Positions 11,164 to 23,827 of a DNA stretch of 64,000 bases are shown in pieces. Position 1 is the stretch's first letter, and each line of letters opens with the position of its first letter. The position numbers and the translations under genes were made by a program. This DNA is from Owenia fusiformis (lineage: Eukaryota). Under the pieces are notes generated by a model, which worked only from the letters and a program-made list of their open reading frames with translations, was not told the origin of the DNA and did not search any database. The DNA is taken from assembly GCA_903813345.2 (NCBI GenBank), contig CAIIXF020000001.1:11780001-11844000 (forward strand). Reading direction: 5' to 3'.

Positions 11164-14100
11164 AGAACCATGAGTGTTATATGCAATTATAAAACAAACG
11201 TGAAGAAAAACAAACAACACTTAAAGCCCCCTCTTATACAGACACAAACACCTTTAATCATTTCACAAACACCACAAAACATTTAAGACACGAAACTGCT
11301 ATATATCAATACATTACGAATTTGGTATAGGTCCATGGTCAGGGAGGGGGGGGTTCAAGTAAATCCATCCCCCCTTGCCAAAATTCTTTCAAAATCTTAC
11401 ATTTTTTACCAATCTGAGCACTGTTAAGTGATTTCGGGCCAAAATGTTCAAGTGTGACCCCTTGGTTTGTTTTGAAAATTGATCCCCTGGGCTAAAACTT
11501 ATTCCGAGCCTGTATTATATTGGATGTACATGTATTGCTCCGATTTCTTCTGGCAAATCGCTGATAATAAATAAGAAAGGTACATTAGGCTAGGTTAACT
11601 GATACAAGTGGTGTTAAGCCATGCTAAAACAAAATTAAAACGTGTATTCTCTCACATTTCACAATTCATGCGTTTTCTGTTATCCATATATCTGAGATAT
11701 AAACTGGGGATATAAACAACAGATTAGTCCATGATGTAATACATTTGTTTCTACTACAATTGGACCATTTAAAGCTGGTTTTAATTAATTTTTTGTTTTC
11801 CATTTTCAAATGTATATTCGGTATGTTTAGTTGTTTGATAATGAAAATAAAGAAGCGGGCACATTTTATATTTATTCCTAATGTTTCATCTGACATAGCG
11901 ATGATTACGCTTTGAGCAAATTGATGCATGGTAGAACAAACTGATGTAAATAACATGTTGACATACAGGACATGTATGTCAGAGCAATATGATAAGTAAA
12001 ACTTTAATCCCCAATTATTCAATTGTGTTTTGTTAACACTGAAAGCTAATCTGTTTGTTGGAGGCGATGGATTGATTTTCTACAGCCAACAGTTCTAAGT
12101 TCCACAAAAAAACAAGTTTTTCATATTTATTTGATTCTATAATGTCCCTTATATTATGATTAACATTGTGTTAAAATTTGGATTAAATTGATTGACTCAA
12201 CAGAAAGTTAATTTTTAATCAATGGGTTTCTTCACATTTTTACTCCATTGTTTCTCTGCCATATAAAGTTAACAACAAACAACATTTAAGCGCCACTCTT
12301 ACACAGGCACAAACAACCACCTGTATTCACTCTGCCAACCACAAAAATAGTCTTGACACAGAACTGCTCAAATTTTAGCTAAAAGCATTACGCATTTTAT
12401 ACAGGCCCGTGCCTAACGAGTAACGATTCCCTCCCCTTGGCCAACAATTCTTTCAAAATCATGAAGAGTTTCACCATTCACATACATGTACATGTATTGA
12501 TGACAGAGCAATATAAGTAATACTTTTGTTCACTGATAACTAATCCGATTGTTAGAGTTAATCCGTTTGTTAGAGTGAATGGATTAATATCTAGAGCCGA
12601 TTGTTTTATTTTCAACAAAAATAATAATTTGCAAATTAAGTTTTTCATATTTGTTTTATTGTATAAAATCCCTCTTTCTATGATTAACATTGTGTTTAAA
12701 TTTGGATTGAATCGATTAACTCATTGGAAAGTTAATTATTTGATTTTTATTTGATGATTTTTGCACATTTTTACTCCATTGTTAACATTAATTTAAAACA
12801 AGTTAAATTTCTTTCTTCTAAACATTTATTTGTAAATATTTTTCAAATAGAAATAGAACAGTCAAAATAAAATATGTGTGACATGTGTAAGTAATAGAGA
12901 TGAGAAGGCCAGTAGAACGGTTAATCCTATTAACTGCCATGCTGTGCATTCTTTGTTTTGTTTGGTTAAGTAATTAACCAGATGGATTGTACATCAAGTT
13001 GGACGAGAATAATCGAGTATAATATTTTTTAGAACCCAAATAATACAATATAATTTGATATATTCTGCTTAGATTGGAAAATACTAGAAAATAATATTTT
13101 TTAGAATAGAAAAAAATCTAAATAGACTGCAATCATCAGTTTGGATTGATAAATATGACCAAATAATATTTTAGAAAGACAGAATAAATATAAATTGGCG
13201 CAAATAATTCTAAAAAAGAATATTATACCGGGAATAAAACATTCTGCTACATTTCTTATTGAGATAATCGGATTTGGTAAATGTTTATATGTACAAATAA
13301 TATATTTGGATCTCACTTATTTCTAATTATATTATATTAATCTCTATATAATGTAGTATATTATGCTGATTATATTTTTTTCCTTCATAATATAATATAA
13401 TAATTACAATACTGAATGGAAATACTGTATTATTACGCATCTTTTTACACAAATATCCGAAAATAAAACATATTTTTATATATTATTTTATCGATTTCAC
13501 CAAGTGTTGTATTTGAATACATTTGTTTGTTTCAATACTGCATGCTGTGTCATAAACAATAAAACACACCCTTGGTAAACGCAGCTAACGAAAATTGACC
13601 TGTACGGGTCAAAAGCTGGACCAGTACGGGTTAACGGTTTTATTTGAATTTAAAACAGCCATAACTTGCTCAATATTGACTTCCTCGTGTCTAATTTGAA
13701 ATACATGATGCCTCCCGATGCTTTTAAGTACCCCAATTTTTTACAGATTTTTAAACAGACCAACGAAAACTCTCTAAATGCGCATTTATGCTCTTTTCTC
13801 TCGAGAACGACTGTCTCATTTTCACGATAACTTTTATTTAGTACTTCTAACATATAAGATCTATTTTTCCCCATCGAGGTATGATGTAAATTAATGACAT
13901 GCTATTTACATCTTGTGAGTTTCAATGACGCGGCGTTTGATTTTATAAAAAATGCCAAACTTTGTGACAAAGAATTTCATCCTGCTTGCAGCGAGAAGAC
14001 GGACCGGTTCGGAGCAATAGAGATGAGATCCTACTACCAAACGATTTTGCCAACATCTGTGAGTTAAATCATCAAAACATTCAAAAACGGACGTGCTGGA

Positions 14101-15029
14101 CAGTTTTTCGAGGTTTGCCATTTTGACCAATCAGATTCCAGATTTTGAACACTACCCACTTTTTGTACCCACTTTTTAACACTCCAGATTACTTTAATGA
14201 AGATAAGAAAGTACAGATCACTGCATACTGACTGTGCTTACCTCAGTTTACAGTAGTCTACCTCCAAAACTAAACTCCAGTCAAATGGATAGATCTAGCG
14301 CAAGCCCGCCCCTAATCACAGATCGTGTTCATGTAGGCTAACTTGTTTGTTTGTTTGTAATGCGCTAGACTAGCTGCTAAATGTCGCTAAATGGTCTTGG
14401 ATTCCGAGAAACCATAATATTGGCACATTGCCGTCTAACTAAACTATATATCAATGATAGAAATTAGATTAGTTCATACAGTGACCTTCGATAGACTAGA
14501 TTGGATTGGTTTGAATGTTTTCTCGTGACCTGAATCGAGGTTGAATTTGTCCATGTTCCTACGCTGTAAGCAAACAGAAGTTTGTAAAATTGCATTGGAC
14601 TGGACAGTGCTCTAGGTCGTATCTACATCTACAAAACTACATGTAGAGTCAATAATCTGCAAAGGGCTATCCTTTGAGCCTACTACCAATAGAGGCTGGA
14701 TCTGGCTCCGGATGGATCTGTGCTTGAAGTTGAATGTTTTCTCGTGACCTGAGGTTGAATTTATGTGTAAAATTCACGGACCAATTTTTCGTATATGTGA
14801 TCGATTTTACGATGTAAAGATATAAATGCGATATAATATGTGCTGTTTTATTTAAAAAGCTTTAAAATATCAAAAACAATAGAAGATTTTTACTCACTTT
14901 AATTTTTTATACTTAGGTAGGGTCTTGAGCTTCCATTTGGCCATGATAAAGTTCACATTTCCTCTTAAATAACATGGAATAAATATTTTAACACGGAAAT
15001 GGATGGATCAGCCAATAGCGTGAGTTTCA

Positions 15030-15746
15030 TCAGATCATACACCCATAACTATATGCTTTAAAGAGGTGTTGGTAACGAAATTGGCTAATGGTGTCGCTGT
15101 GCAACCATTCCACTACATCTAAGAAACATCGGTAGGCAATATTGTCCAGTGGAAATTCACCTTTCATTAGTAGCTCCAGGAAGGCGTTGAACGTGGACAA
15201 TGACCCATCCTTTGCTAACTTTTCTGCAATTATTGGAGTCATACTTTGAAGCTTGTTTATGATATCAGCTGTCACAACGTTCGGTTCATCTGCAGGTCCT
15301 TCTACCATTTCATTGTCATGAGAGTCTATTGTAATTTCAGAATCATCTATTGTCATTTCATTAGAAATTGCAATTTCATTGGTAATTTTATTTGATTTTG
15401 TAGGCGTTGAATCAGATATTTTGGATGATTTCATTCGATTATTGTCATTCACTGAAATTGTCATAAATTCATCACTTTCTACAATTATGTGTTTATTTAT
15501 TGATTTCACTTCATTTGGTATTATTCCAGAGAAATTTCTTGTAATCATTCTAAATTTGCCTCTATTTTCAATAATCTTTCTCATCTTCATCTCTTCATCT
15601 TCATGGTGTTCTATAAGGTGATTTATAATGTTTTGAAATTTAACAGTTCGTAGTGAAGGACAATAGAAACATGTAAATCCAATCACTCTGAAATGCAAAC
15701 ATATCATTAGAATCCACATGGTAAAATCACTCACTTGGCTGATCAT
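15030..15746 (-). pseudogene. Truncated, probably transposon-derived ORF with a C2H2-like zinc finger
   Basis: 238-aa ORF with CFYC-x12-HLIEHH and FPLDNIAYRCFLDVVEW...QFRY; in-frame stop just upstream, abrupt end, locally duplicated flanking segments. Confidence 0.5.
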
Positions 15747-16272
15747 ATTTTTTTTATAACATCCTCCTTACTCGATACTGAAGGGGAGTTGGAACGTCTG
15801 ATATGCATGTAATGTTAAGTTATTAACCATAGATGATATTGGTTTTGTGATCTAAAAACAGAAAATTTTGTGAAAAATACATTTTCTTTCGACGGGTTTT
15901 TGATTTTGCTTCTTTTATCAACTCAGTTCAGGTATTTCGGTTGATTTAATCACTGAATCCTGTTACCAAATGAATCTTGAGTCTCTTATACAGCATATGG
16001 AATACCATCTGTAGGTAAAATGACTTTAAACTGGTAAAGAGAAGACAAACAAACATACCTTTCCTTCGACATTTTGGATTTTGCGCATCTTGTCGAGTCT
16101 TTGATCACCCACTTTTAATACTAGGCGATCACTGTACATACAGTGTTGACGTCCGTGGTAAAATTGCATTGCTCAGTTCTCTATGTCTATGTCAATGATC
16201 TGCAGATATATAATTTAACCATAATTTAACAGAAATAGAATTTGAACAAAATATAATTTCAACTAGAGATAG

Positions 16273-16458
16273 CAGGCCCGTAGCCAGAAGGGGAGCTGGG
16301 GGAGCGGAAGCTCCCCCCCCCCTGGCCAGAAATTCTTTCAAAATCATGCAGTTTTTCACCATACTGAGAATTTTTCGCATGATTTTTAGCAAAAATTGTG
16401 AAAAAGCTCCCCCCCCTGGAAAAAAGCTCCCCCCTGGTAAAAGCTGGCTACGGGCAAG
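16273..16458. mobile_element. Short GC-rich MITE
   Basis: caggcccgtagccag...ctggctacgggc TIRs with gatag duplicated on both sides. Related fragments at about 3790-3956, 11330-11512, 12402-12480 and 20721. Confidence 0.7.
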
Positions 16459-16665
16459 GATAGTACTGTACTAATGTCCACTGGTATTACGTACAGTTAA
16501 ATTATTGGTTGGTTCAGCTACAAAGAAAAATATGAAACCTCTACTTTTAATCATACAAAATACAAGCTTCTATCAATTTTGTCAAGAATAATAACATTTT
16601 CATTATCTTTTCAAATACAATTATTTCCAAAGGAGAAAGGAAAGTATCGCAGTCGGACATTCATA

Positions 16666-19207
16666 CACTCCCCTCCATAAGTTTGGCAACCTTAGCTCCC
16701 CCATTGAACTACGTGTTAGAGCCTCTTTACCTTTGAATTTTTATTTGCAACAAGTACATGATACGACGTCAGATACTGTACATCACGGCGTAACAGTGTA
16801 ATTTCATTTTACCGACAAAATGCAAAGATTTACGCGATAAATATGCGCAATGCTCCTCCAAGTATGCAAACGTTTTAATATTCGTGGAATCTTCTTAAAA
16901 ACTTCAAGTTTTCTTCAGATTAATGTGTGCTTCAATACAATTCTATATTCAAAAAGGTTGTGTCACGATATACAGAATTAGAATCACCAGAAAGTAGACA
17001 TTTCAAACCCTATCCGTTTTCTTCTTTGTCGCGCTTTTCGGCCCTGCGCTCTCGTTGTCGCACCGTCTTTCTAGACTCTTTCACAATGCCCCTTGTCATA
17101 TTCAACTGATAAACACAGACGGGAAGATATTAAGGATTGTTAAATGCATTATTTGTAATTTATTTTAACTCGAATATTTAGTTTTATTTATTTAAAGCAA
17201 TGAATAATAAAGGAGAACATATAATACGCTAACGGCGTAACGTCTTATTTTGTAAAGGCTTCACTTGGGGTTGCGGTGATAAAACGATGTATATCTCAAT
17301 ATAGGCTATACTGATTCAAATTAAATGAAATTAATTGTATGTAGTAAGGGGTATATTTAAAAGAACATGCTGAAACATTGGAAAGTTTTGAATGTTTATC
17401 CCTTAATTAGAAATATTTGAACTCAAAAAATGAAACGTAATTTTGTGAATTTTTCACATGGCTTCACTTCATATTTCTTTCAATTTATACTTCTTACAGA
17501 CTGAATTTTAATCGAAATGATATAGTTTTTTGATAAAAATATAGAATATGATATGCCTTTCAGGAATCAAAAAAGAATAATTCACCTTTCAAACGATTTA
17601 ATGTTTAATTGATCAAAATATATATTTTGTTGGTACGAAATTCTGCCTGTCGACACTTTTTTTGCATAAATATAAGCGTAAAGTTAGCATTATTATATTA
17701 TGACGTCATCACACAGAATCTGTTTGTCTTTTCCAAAATGGTGAATTTAAATATTGTGAAAATTTGAGAAAGATCCGTTGGGAAATGAAAAAGTTATCTT
17801 CATTTTTCGTTTAAAATTAAAATCACTTTTCTTCAAAATGTTACAGTCGACACCCGGTTTTAGCATAGAAAGTCGCATAATACGGCTTGCGTGATTCTCA
17901 TTTAAAAAATCCCAAATCAGTTATTTGGAATTCTGATAGGCAAAATATTTCATGGACATACGTGTTCAACTGATGACGAAAAATTGTAGAAAAATATGAT
18001 TTTGCTGTCGAGATATTGCGGTTTTAAAAGTAAGTACGCATTAAAAATGCAGTAAAATGCCGCGATGTACAGTATCTGACGTCGTATCACATGTAGTGCA
18101 GAGGGGCCATTCAACGATCATGGACCAGTGTCAAAATATATTTAAGTTTGGATATTTCATGAAGACTAACATCTTTTTTTATTTTCTACAAAGAAACCCC
18201 CTGGATAATCAGTATTTCAGCTTATATTCCTCTTGAAACATGGTGGATCTTAAAAATATAAAAGTGGACGTCCCCTTTTTGAAGCTTTGAACTGAATTTA
18301 CACTTTTTAATGCCGAAATTAATAGTTTATCCGTACATTTTAAGAAAATAGGTATGTCGAAGAAGATGTTAAGCCAACTGTTGGCTTGATAGCTCAGAAA
18401 AAGTTAAAATTTTCCTATTTTCTCTCTACAAGCCTTATTGCCCCTTTAACCTACGATGAAGATACTAATACTATTAATGGAAACGTAATTTGACTTTATT
18501 TTCAATACCTCCAAATTTTCTCAATTTTTTATCTCAATTACAATAAGTCGGAAATTGATGATAAACTTGATGAATTTGTGAAAATCGACATTCCCATGTT
18601 AACCAATGGGAAATGGTAGGTTTGCCGCAAGTCATATGACAGAATATCTATCCCTCCGAGTCCTTGCAAAAAATACGAGTTAGGCAGGCAATTGAATTTG
18701 CTAACTTTATTTAACAAAAATTGATATGTTTCTTCAGGTTCAACAAACTAATAGGGCTTTAAAGTCAAAATTGTTAAAAAAAACTCTCCCATTGAAATAA
18801 CACAGGAGACGAGAAACAGAAACTATTTTCAAAAATGACTTTGAAGTTTGAAGATTCATCAAATAAACTTAACATTTAGCACAAAAAAGTTAGACAGTTC
18901 AATTTTCTATATAAAAATATTTTTTGCTGAATCTTTCACTGAAAAGATATCCTGATTTCTGATTTGCCCCGAACCCTCCATTTCCCATTGGATTACATGG
19001 GAATGACGATTTTCAAAAATTCATCAAATTTATCATCAATTGTCCACCTATTGTAATTGAGGAAAAAATTGAGAAACTTTGGAGGTATTGGAAATAAAGT
19101 AAAGTTACGTTCCCATCAATATTATAAGTTATTTCATCGCCGGTTAAGTAAATAAAAATTCAAACGTAAAGAGCCTAGGCTTTAACACGTAGTTCAATGG
19201 GGGAGCT
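16666..19207. mobile_element. Tc1/mariner-type MITE (same family as 60941-61777), interrupted by nested insertions and truncated at the right end
   Basis: TA|CACTCCCCTCCATAAGTTTGGCAACC start; similarity to the 61 kb copy resumes at about 18450 and runs to 19207. Confidence 0.85.
16759..18089. mobile_element. Non-autonomous TIR element nested in the mariner-type MITE
   Basis: About 31-bp TIRs: tgatacgacgtcagatactgtacatcacggc and gccgcgatgtacagtatctgacgtcgtatca. Confidence 0.8.
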
Positions 19208-19806
19208 GAGGATTTAAACAGGGGCATATCCAAGACCAATGCATAACCTCCAGGACTAAAATGACAACTAGAGATGGTAAAATAATTTCAACTTTGAGAC
19301 AGGGAAGATGCAAACAACCTACCAACCGTTTTTTCTGAAATGTTGTTCTGATTTTCAACCCCTTCTACCCCTGCTTTTTCAATTTTCGTGTTTCAATATG
19401 TTGCATTTTGACACAGAGTAGACCCCTTTAAAGGAATAAGTGATTCCTTCGGGGGTTTTAAGATATCCATTATGGGTAACCAAAATTAGCTGAAAGCAAT
19501 GGATCGCATGAGTTTTCCCTATGAGAAAATGACATGGGAAATATTATTTTCCACTTTATCTAAAATGAATCACTTATTCCTTTAAAGAGGTTAACTAGGT
19601 GTCAAAACACAACATAGTGATACAAGAAAAAAAATTAAAAAGCAGTGGTGGAAGGGGTTAAAAACCAGGAAAACATTTCAAAAAAACATGTGGGTGAGTT
19701 GTTTGCATCTTCCCTGTCTCAAAAGTCGAAATTATTTTACCGTCTTTAAGAGTGCTTTTCCTGGAGGTTATGCATTGGTCTTACATATGTACCTGTTTAA
19801 ATCCTC
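19208..19806. mobile_element. Foldback MITE with arms of about 240 bp (GAG...CTC termini, possibly Sola-like)
   Basis: gaggatttaaacagg...cctgtttaaatcctc; arms 19208-19446 and 19567-19806 are inverted copies. Confidence 0.85.
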
Positions 19807-19889
19807 ATATATTTATTTAAATACGCATATATAGAGCATCGCGCGCGAAGCGAGTCGCCGAGCGAAGCGAGACCCCACAGAAATATTTT

Positions 19890-20617
19890 TAAAGGTGTGC
19901 TATCGATACAATGGTAAACTTTTTGAACACACTTTTCTCAAGTAAACCAGTCATCAAAACATTCTAAAAATTTTACACATCGTAAATTTAATGGTCATCT
20001 TTTGGATGGTAACATTATAATTTGAGATATATTTGTATACTTTTCTTTATATTGTTTTAGAAAACACATGAGACACTTCTTTTGTTCTTGGTATCATATG
20101 TTCGGAATGAAGTGAAACATCTATCCGAACTTCATTGGAACAAAACGACATAAACCAGGTCTCTCAATATTATAATTGTACAAAGGAAAGTTTGGTTGAT
20201 TTTAAAAAAGTATTTTGTGAATTAAATAAAAGGTTGAACTTAATTTTTATCTATTTTGGGGGGTTTTGTTTTAAGTTTTTGCATACTTATTGTAAAATTA
20301 ATCAAAATTTCCTTTGTATAACTCTAATATTTTGAAAGGTCTAAGAAAATGTTGTATATGCTATTTTGTTCCAACAAGGTTCGGAAGACATTTTATTTCA
20401 TTCTCAAGAATTGGTAGAAAGGAACAAAAAACAATTGCACTAAAAACAAAAACAGTTATATAAAACATACAAGTTGTATATAAATATTTTTGCATTAAAT
20501 TGTTGCCAATCGGTCAACATTACATAAAGGATTGTGTTTTTTACAGAATGTTTTCAGTAATTGATTTAAGAGAAAAACATTGTTGAATTCAGTTCACCAT
20601 ATCGATACCTATCCTTT
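19890..20617. mobile_element. Interspersed repeat; a diverged inverted copy lies at about 25601-27246, split by a mariner insertion
   Basis: Reverse complement of 27114-27246 and 25601-26178 aligns by eye across 19890-20617. Confidence 0.7.
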
Positions 20618-21069
20618 AGACTTTCTCTGGTGCAATCTGAGCATGATATTAAATTATTATTGAATTCCTAGTAAAAATCTACACATCTGAAAATTTAATG
20701 AACAAAACATACATGTAGCTCAGGGGCGTAGCCAGCTTTCAGTCAGGGGGGGGGGGGGTGCGATCACCAAAAAAGCCAAAAAAGATTAATTTTGAATTTT
20801 ACAAAAATTGATGCAACTTCCTTCAAAATTGAGCTAGAAGCTTCAAATAAAATGAGGTTTTGGAAAAAGCGTGTTTTCTGAAATGAAACCTCTTTGCAAA
20901 TATTGCAAGATATTCCATTGATTTTCGCAAAGTGAGTGACAACATTACATATGTACCTCAATTATGAATGAGTCATTGGAGTTCCATGTCAAATGGTGAA
21001 AAGTAGGCTACATGCATACTCCATGAAAAGCCCCCGAGTGATGATATGTAAGAAAAGGTGCGTCATAGC

Positions 21070-22242
21070 CGGGTCAATTTTGGCCTAAATTGGTCAATAG
21101 CATCATTTATATGCTGTTGAGACAATGAATTTCGCTTCTCATAATTCTGTCCTTCTAAGGGGACTGAATGAATGTAAAGGATTCATATTTCATTACACTA
21201 ATACACCAGTTCTTCCAATACACGCTTGTCGCAGATGCTGGGTGATCTGGGGGGGGCAGTGATTAAGGGGGGATGAATATACGCAAATTTTCCTTCAAAC
21301 ATTTGACACTTTTGTCATAATTTGATCATCCGATCGGATGTCAATGTCTGCGACTACCACATATTGGGAAAACTAATAGAATTACCCAAATGCGAGTAGG
21401 TAGTTACCAGTTTCACCACCAGGTGGCTGATTCGGGTCAATTAACATGGCAGGTATATAAGAAAGTTCCCTTAAACTTGAATATTATAAATTATAAGTGG
21501 CTCAATTCTCATATAACCCTTATGTGTCTAATACGTATACTAATGAAAACATGTCCAGTAAAGCAAAATATTATCTGCCCACTAAAAGAAAAGATATTTC
21601 ATTCTTTGTGATTTTATAGCATGGGGCCTATGGGGAATCTCCCCGAGCTAGAAGTCACATTTTCAAAGAAAAGTAATTTTTCAAAGTTGATAAACACTTT
21701 TTAAAACCACATTTCTAGATGTAATTTTACATGTAGATTTCAAATATGATATTACTCTGACTGAATTTTGAATTTTTAATGACGTAAATCAAGATTATTT
21801 CTACTCGCATCTGGGTTATTGGTGTACCATGAACCCCTTACATTTACACAGTCCCTTATTAATGATAGAATTGTTGAGAAGTGGAATCCATTGTCTCAAC
21901 AGCATATCAATGATGCTATTGACAAGTTTAGGCCATAATTGAGGGCTATGATTGATCAAAATGGTGGATATATTGAACGTCTGTTTATATAAATAAAGTT
22001 GAAAGTTTATAGAAATAAAATTTGGTTTTTGCAAGTTTTGGAAAACCCGTTTCGAAACGAAAATGAGGTCATTTATATTATGGACGCTGGTTAACATACA
22101 TTATAATAAATTTGAACTTACGATATACCAAATTAAAGATAAGTAAATTCCCTATCCATTGGTATATAATATGGCATATTTTCATAAATAAAATCAATAT
22201 TTATTTTTGAAATACGAGTGTCCCATTTTTAAGCCACTCTTT
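21070..22242. mobile_element. Degenerate Tc1/mariner remnant (same family as 26180-27113)
   Basis: Shared blocks (ccatgaaccccttacat..., NGGYIERL C-terminus) and right TIR gaaatacgagtgtcccatttt. Confidence 0.75.
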
Positions 22243-22297
22243 ATTTTGCTGTGACATATGATTTTACATTTTTAAACGTTTTGGCGTCTTGACTGTA

Positions 22298-23827
22298 TCA
22301 CTTCGTTAGATCGCCCTCGGCATCAGTTGAACAGACATTGAGTTTGTTTTGGAGTAATTCTACTAATGCCAACGTGGAACAATAATGCAATGCAGCATGA
22401 TTATGTTTATCCTTAATTGTTGTGTCTATCCCGTTCTCAAGCAAAATGCCTACAGTTTCAATATCATTATGTTTTGCAGCTATATGAAGCGCTGTTTGGA
22501 GTTTTGTATTTCTCGCATTAACTCGGGCGTTTTTGGTCAGTAGATACTTTGTCATGCCGATGTTATGATTTTCGACTGCATGGTGTAATGGCGTCATACC
22601 GTTCGAATCTTTAGCATTCATCTTTGCACAAAATTTCACCAAAAGCTCCACGTTTGGAATGTGACCCGCACTTGCAGCACTGTGCAACGGGGTTCTCTCA
22701 TTCGCATCCCTAGCATTCACATTAGCCCCATTAGCAACCAGAGCTTGTAGGATGATTGACCGAGTTCCTCTTGCAGCCACATGTAAAGGAGAAACCCCAC
22801 TTTGTGTAACGTGTCTATTCACGTTTGCACCCTGTCTTATAAGTGTCTCAATTACCTCAATGCATCTGTCAAATAATGTGTCTGCGTTTTCATTTCCTAT
22901 TAACTGTTTTGTAACCCCAATTCTAGATTCAGTCCCTCTTTTAAGTACCCCAACCGGTTCGCTTTCATGACTGTCAAAATTAACTTTGTTAATTCCGTGT
23001 TTGGAAGCACACTCTACTGCTAAAAGAAGTGGGGACCTTCCAGCTTCATCGATAATATCAACAGATCCATTTCGATTCACAAGGAGTTTAATAGTATCTA
23101 AATCACAGCTGGCACTTGCAAAATGCATTGCTGTCCACCCATTATAATCAGATAGATTAATAGCGGCATTCCTTTGTGAAAGTAACTTACAGACATCCGA
23201 ATGGGCATTTTTTGCAGCCAGACAAAGTGGGGAGCGTCCATCTTTATCCTGTAAATTTACTTTAGATCCATTCTCCATCAAATGTTTGGCCACCACACTG
23301 TTACCTTTATGGCAAGCATAATGCAGTGGTATTCTCGATGATGCATCTAAACTATTCACGTCGGCACCAAATGAAGTTAATACAGAACATGTAGATGCTG
23401 ACCCATTTAAACCAACCAAATGTAATGGTGTTCTACCAAGGACGTCGCGCTGGTTCAAATCACCACCATTTTCAGCCAAAATTTCTGCGATTGCATTAAT
23501 TCCGGTAAAGCATGAGATATGTAGTGGCGAAAATCCTTTACAACACCACGAGAAGTCAACATGCCCAGCAAAGTTTGTGCTATTTGTTGGTGACGGGCGT
23601 TTAGGCACAGTGATATTCGGGTCGGCACCATTGCATAGAAAATGATGAACGATCTCTAGATTGCCAGTTGAACATGCTGCTTGCAGGGGATTAACACCAG
23701 CGAGACCAATCGTTTCTGCTAACTGCTTTGTCTGGTGATCATTTCCATCGATTAAGGCGTATATGGCGCAATTGTCATTTTCAACAATATGGGAAATCAA
23801 TCTGTTAGACCAAATATTGTTCATCAT
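22298..23827 (-). CDS. Ankyrin-repeat protein, 509 aa, about 12 repeats, single coding exon
   Basis: Uninterrupted ORF with repeated G-x-(T/S)PLH-x-A...LL-x-x-GA-x-VN motifs; acceptor (ttttag) at 23842-23841 just before the ATG; AATAAA on the minus strand at 22245-22240. Confidence 0.92.
   Translation of the reverse strand: MMNNIWSNRLISHIVENDNCAIYALIDGNDHQTKQLAETIGLAGVNPLQAACSTGNLEIVHHFLCNGADPNITVPKRPSPTNSTNFAGHVDFSWCCKGFSPLHISCFTGINAIAEILAENGGDLNQRDVLGRTPLHLVGLNGSASTCSVLTSFGADVNSLDASSRIPLHYACHKGNSVVAKHLMENGSKVNLQDKDGRSPLCLAAKNAHSDVCKLLSQRNAAINLSDYNGWTAMHFASASCDLDTIKLLVNRNGSVDIIDEAGRSPLLLAVECASKHGINKVNFDSHESEPVGVLKRGTESRIGVTKQLIGNENADTLFDRCIEVIETLIRQGANVNRHVTQSGVSPLHVAARGTRSIILQALVANGANVNARDANERTPLHSAASAGHIPNVELLVKFCAKMNAKDSNGMTPLHHAVENHNIGMTKYLLTKNARVNARNTKLQTALHIAAKHNDIETVGILLENGIDTTIKDKHNHAALHYCSTLALVELLQNKLNVCSTDAEGDLTK

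Noticed and set aside
14236-14320. Candidate KYNU first non-coding exon (donor at 14241, GC box at about 14304)
   Set aside because: Plausible but unprovable without transcripts; the adjacent sequence resembles 16105-16150 and may be repeat-derived.
22752-22970. Plus-strand ORFs overlapping genes or elements on the opposite strand (also 28563-29452, 15379-15621), and the minus-strand ORF 38979-39410
   Set aside because: Antisense shadows of the real coding frames with no independent features.
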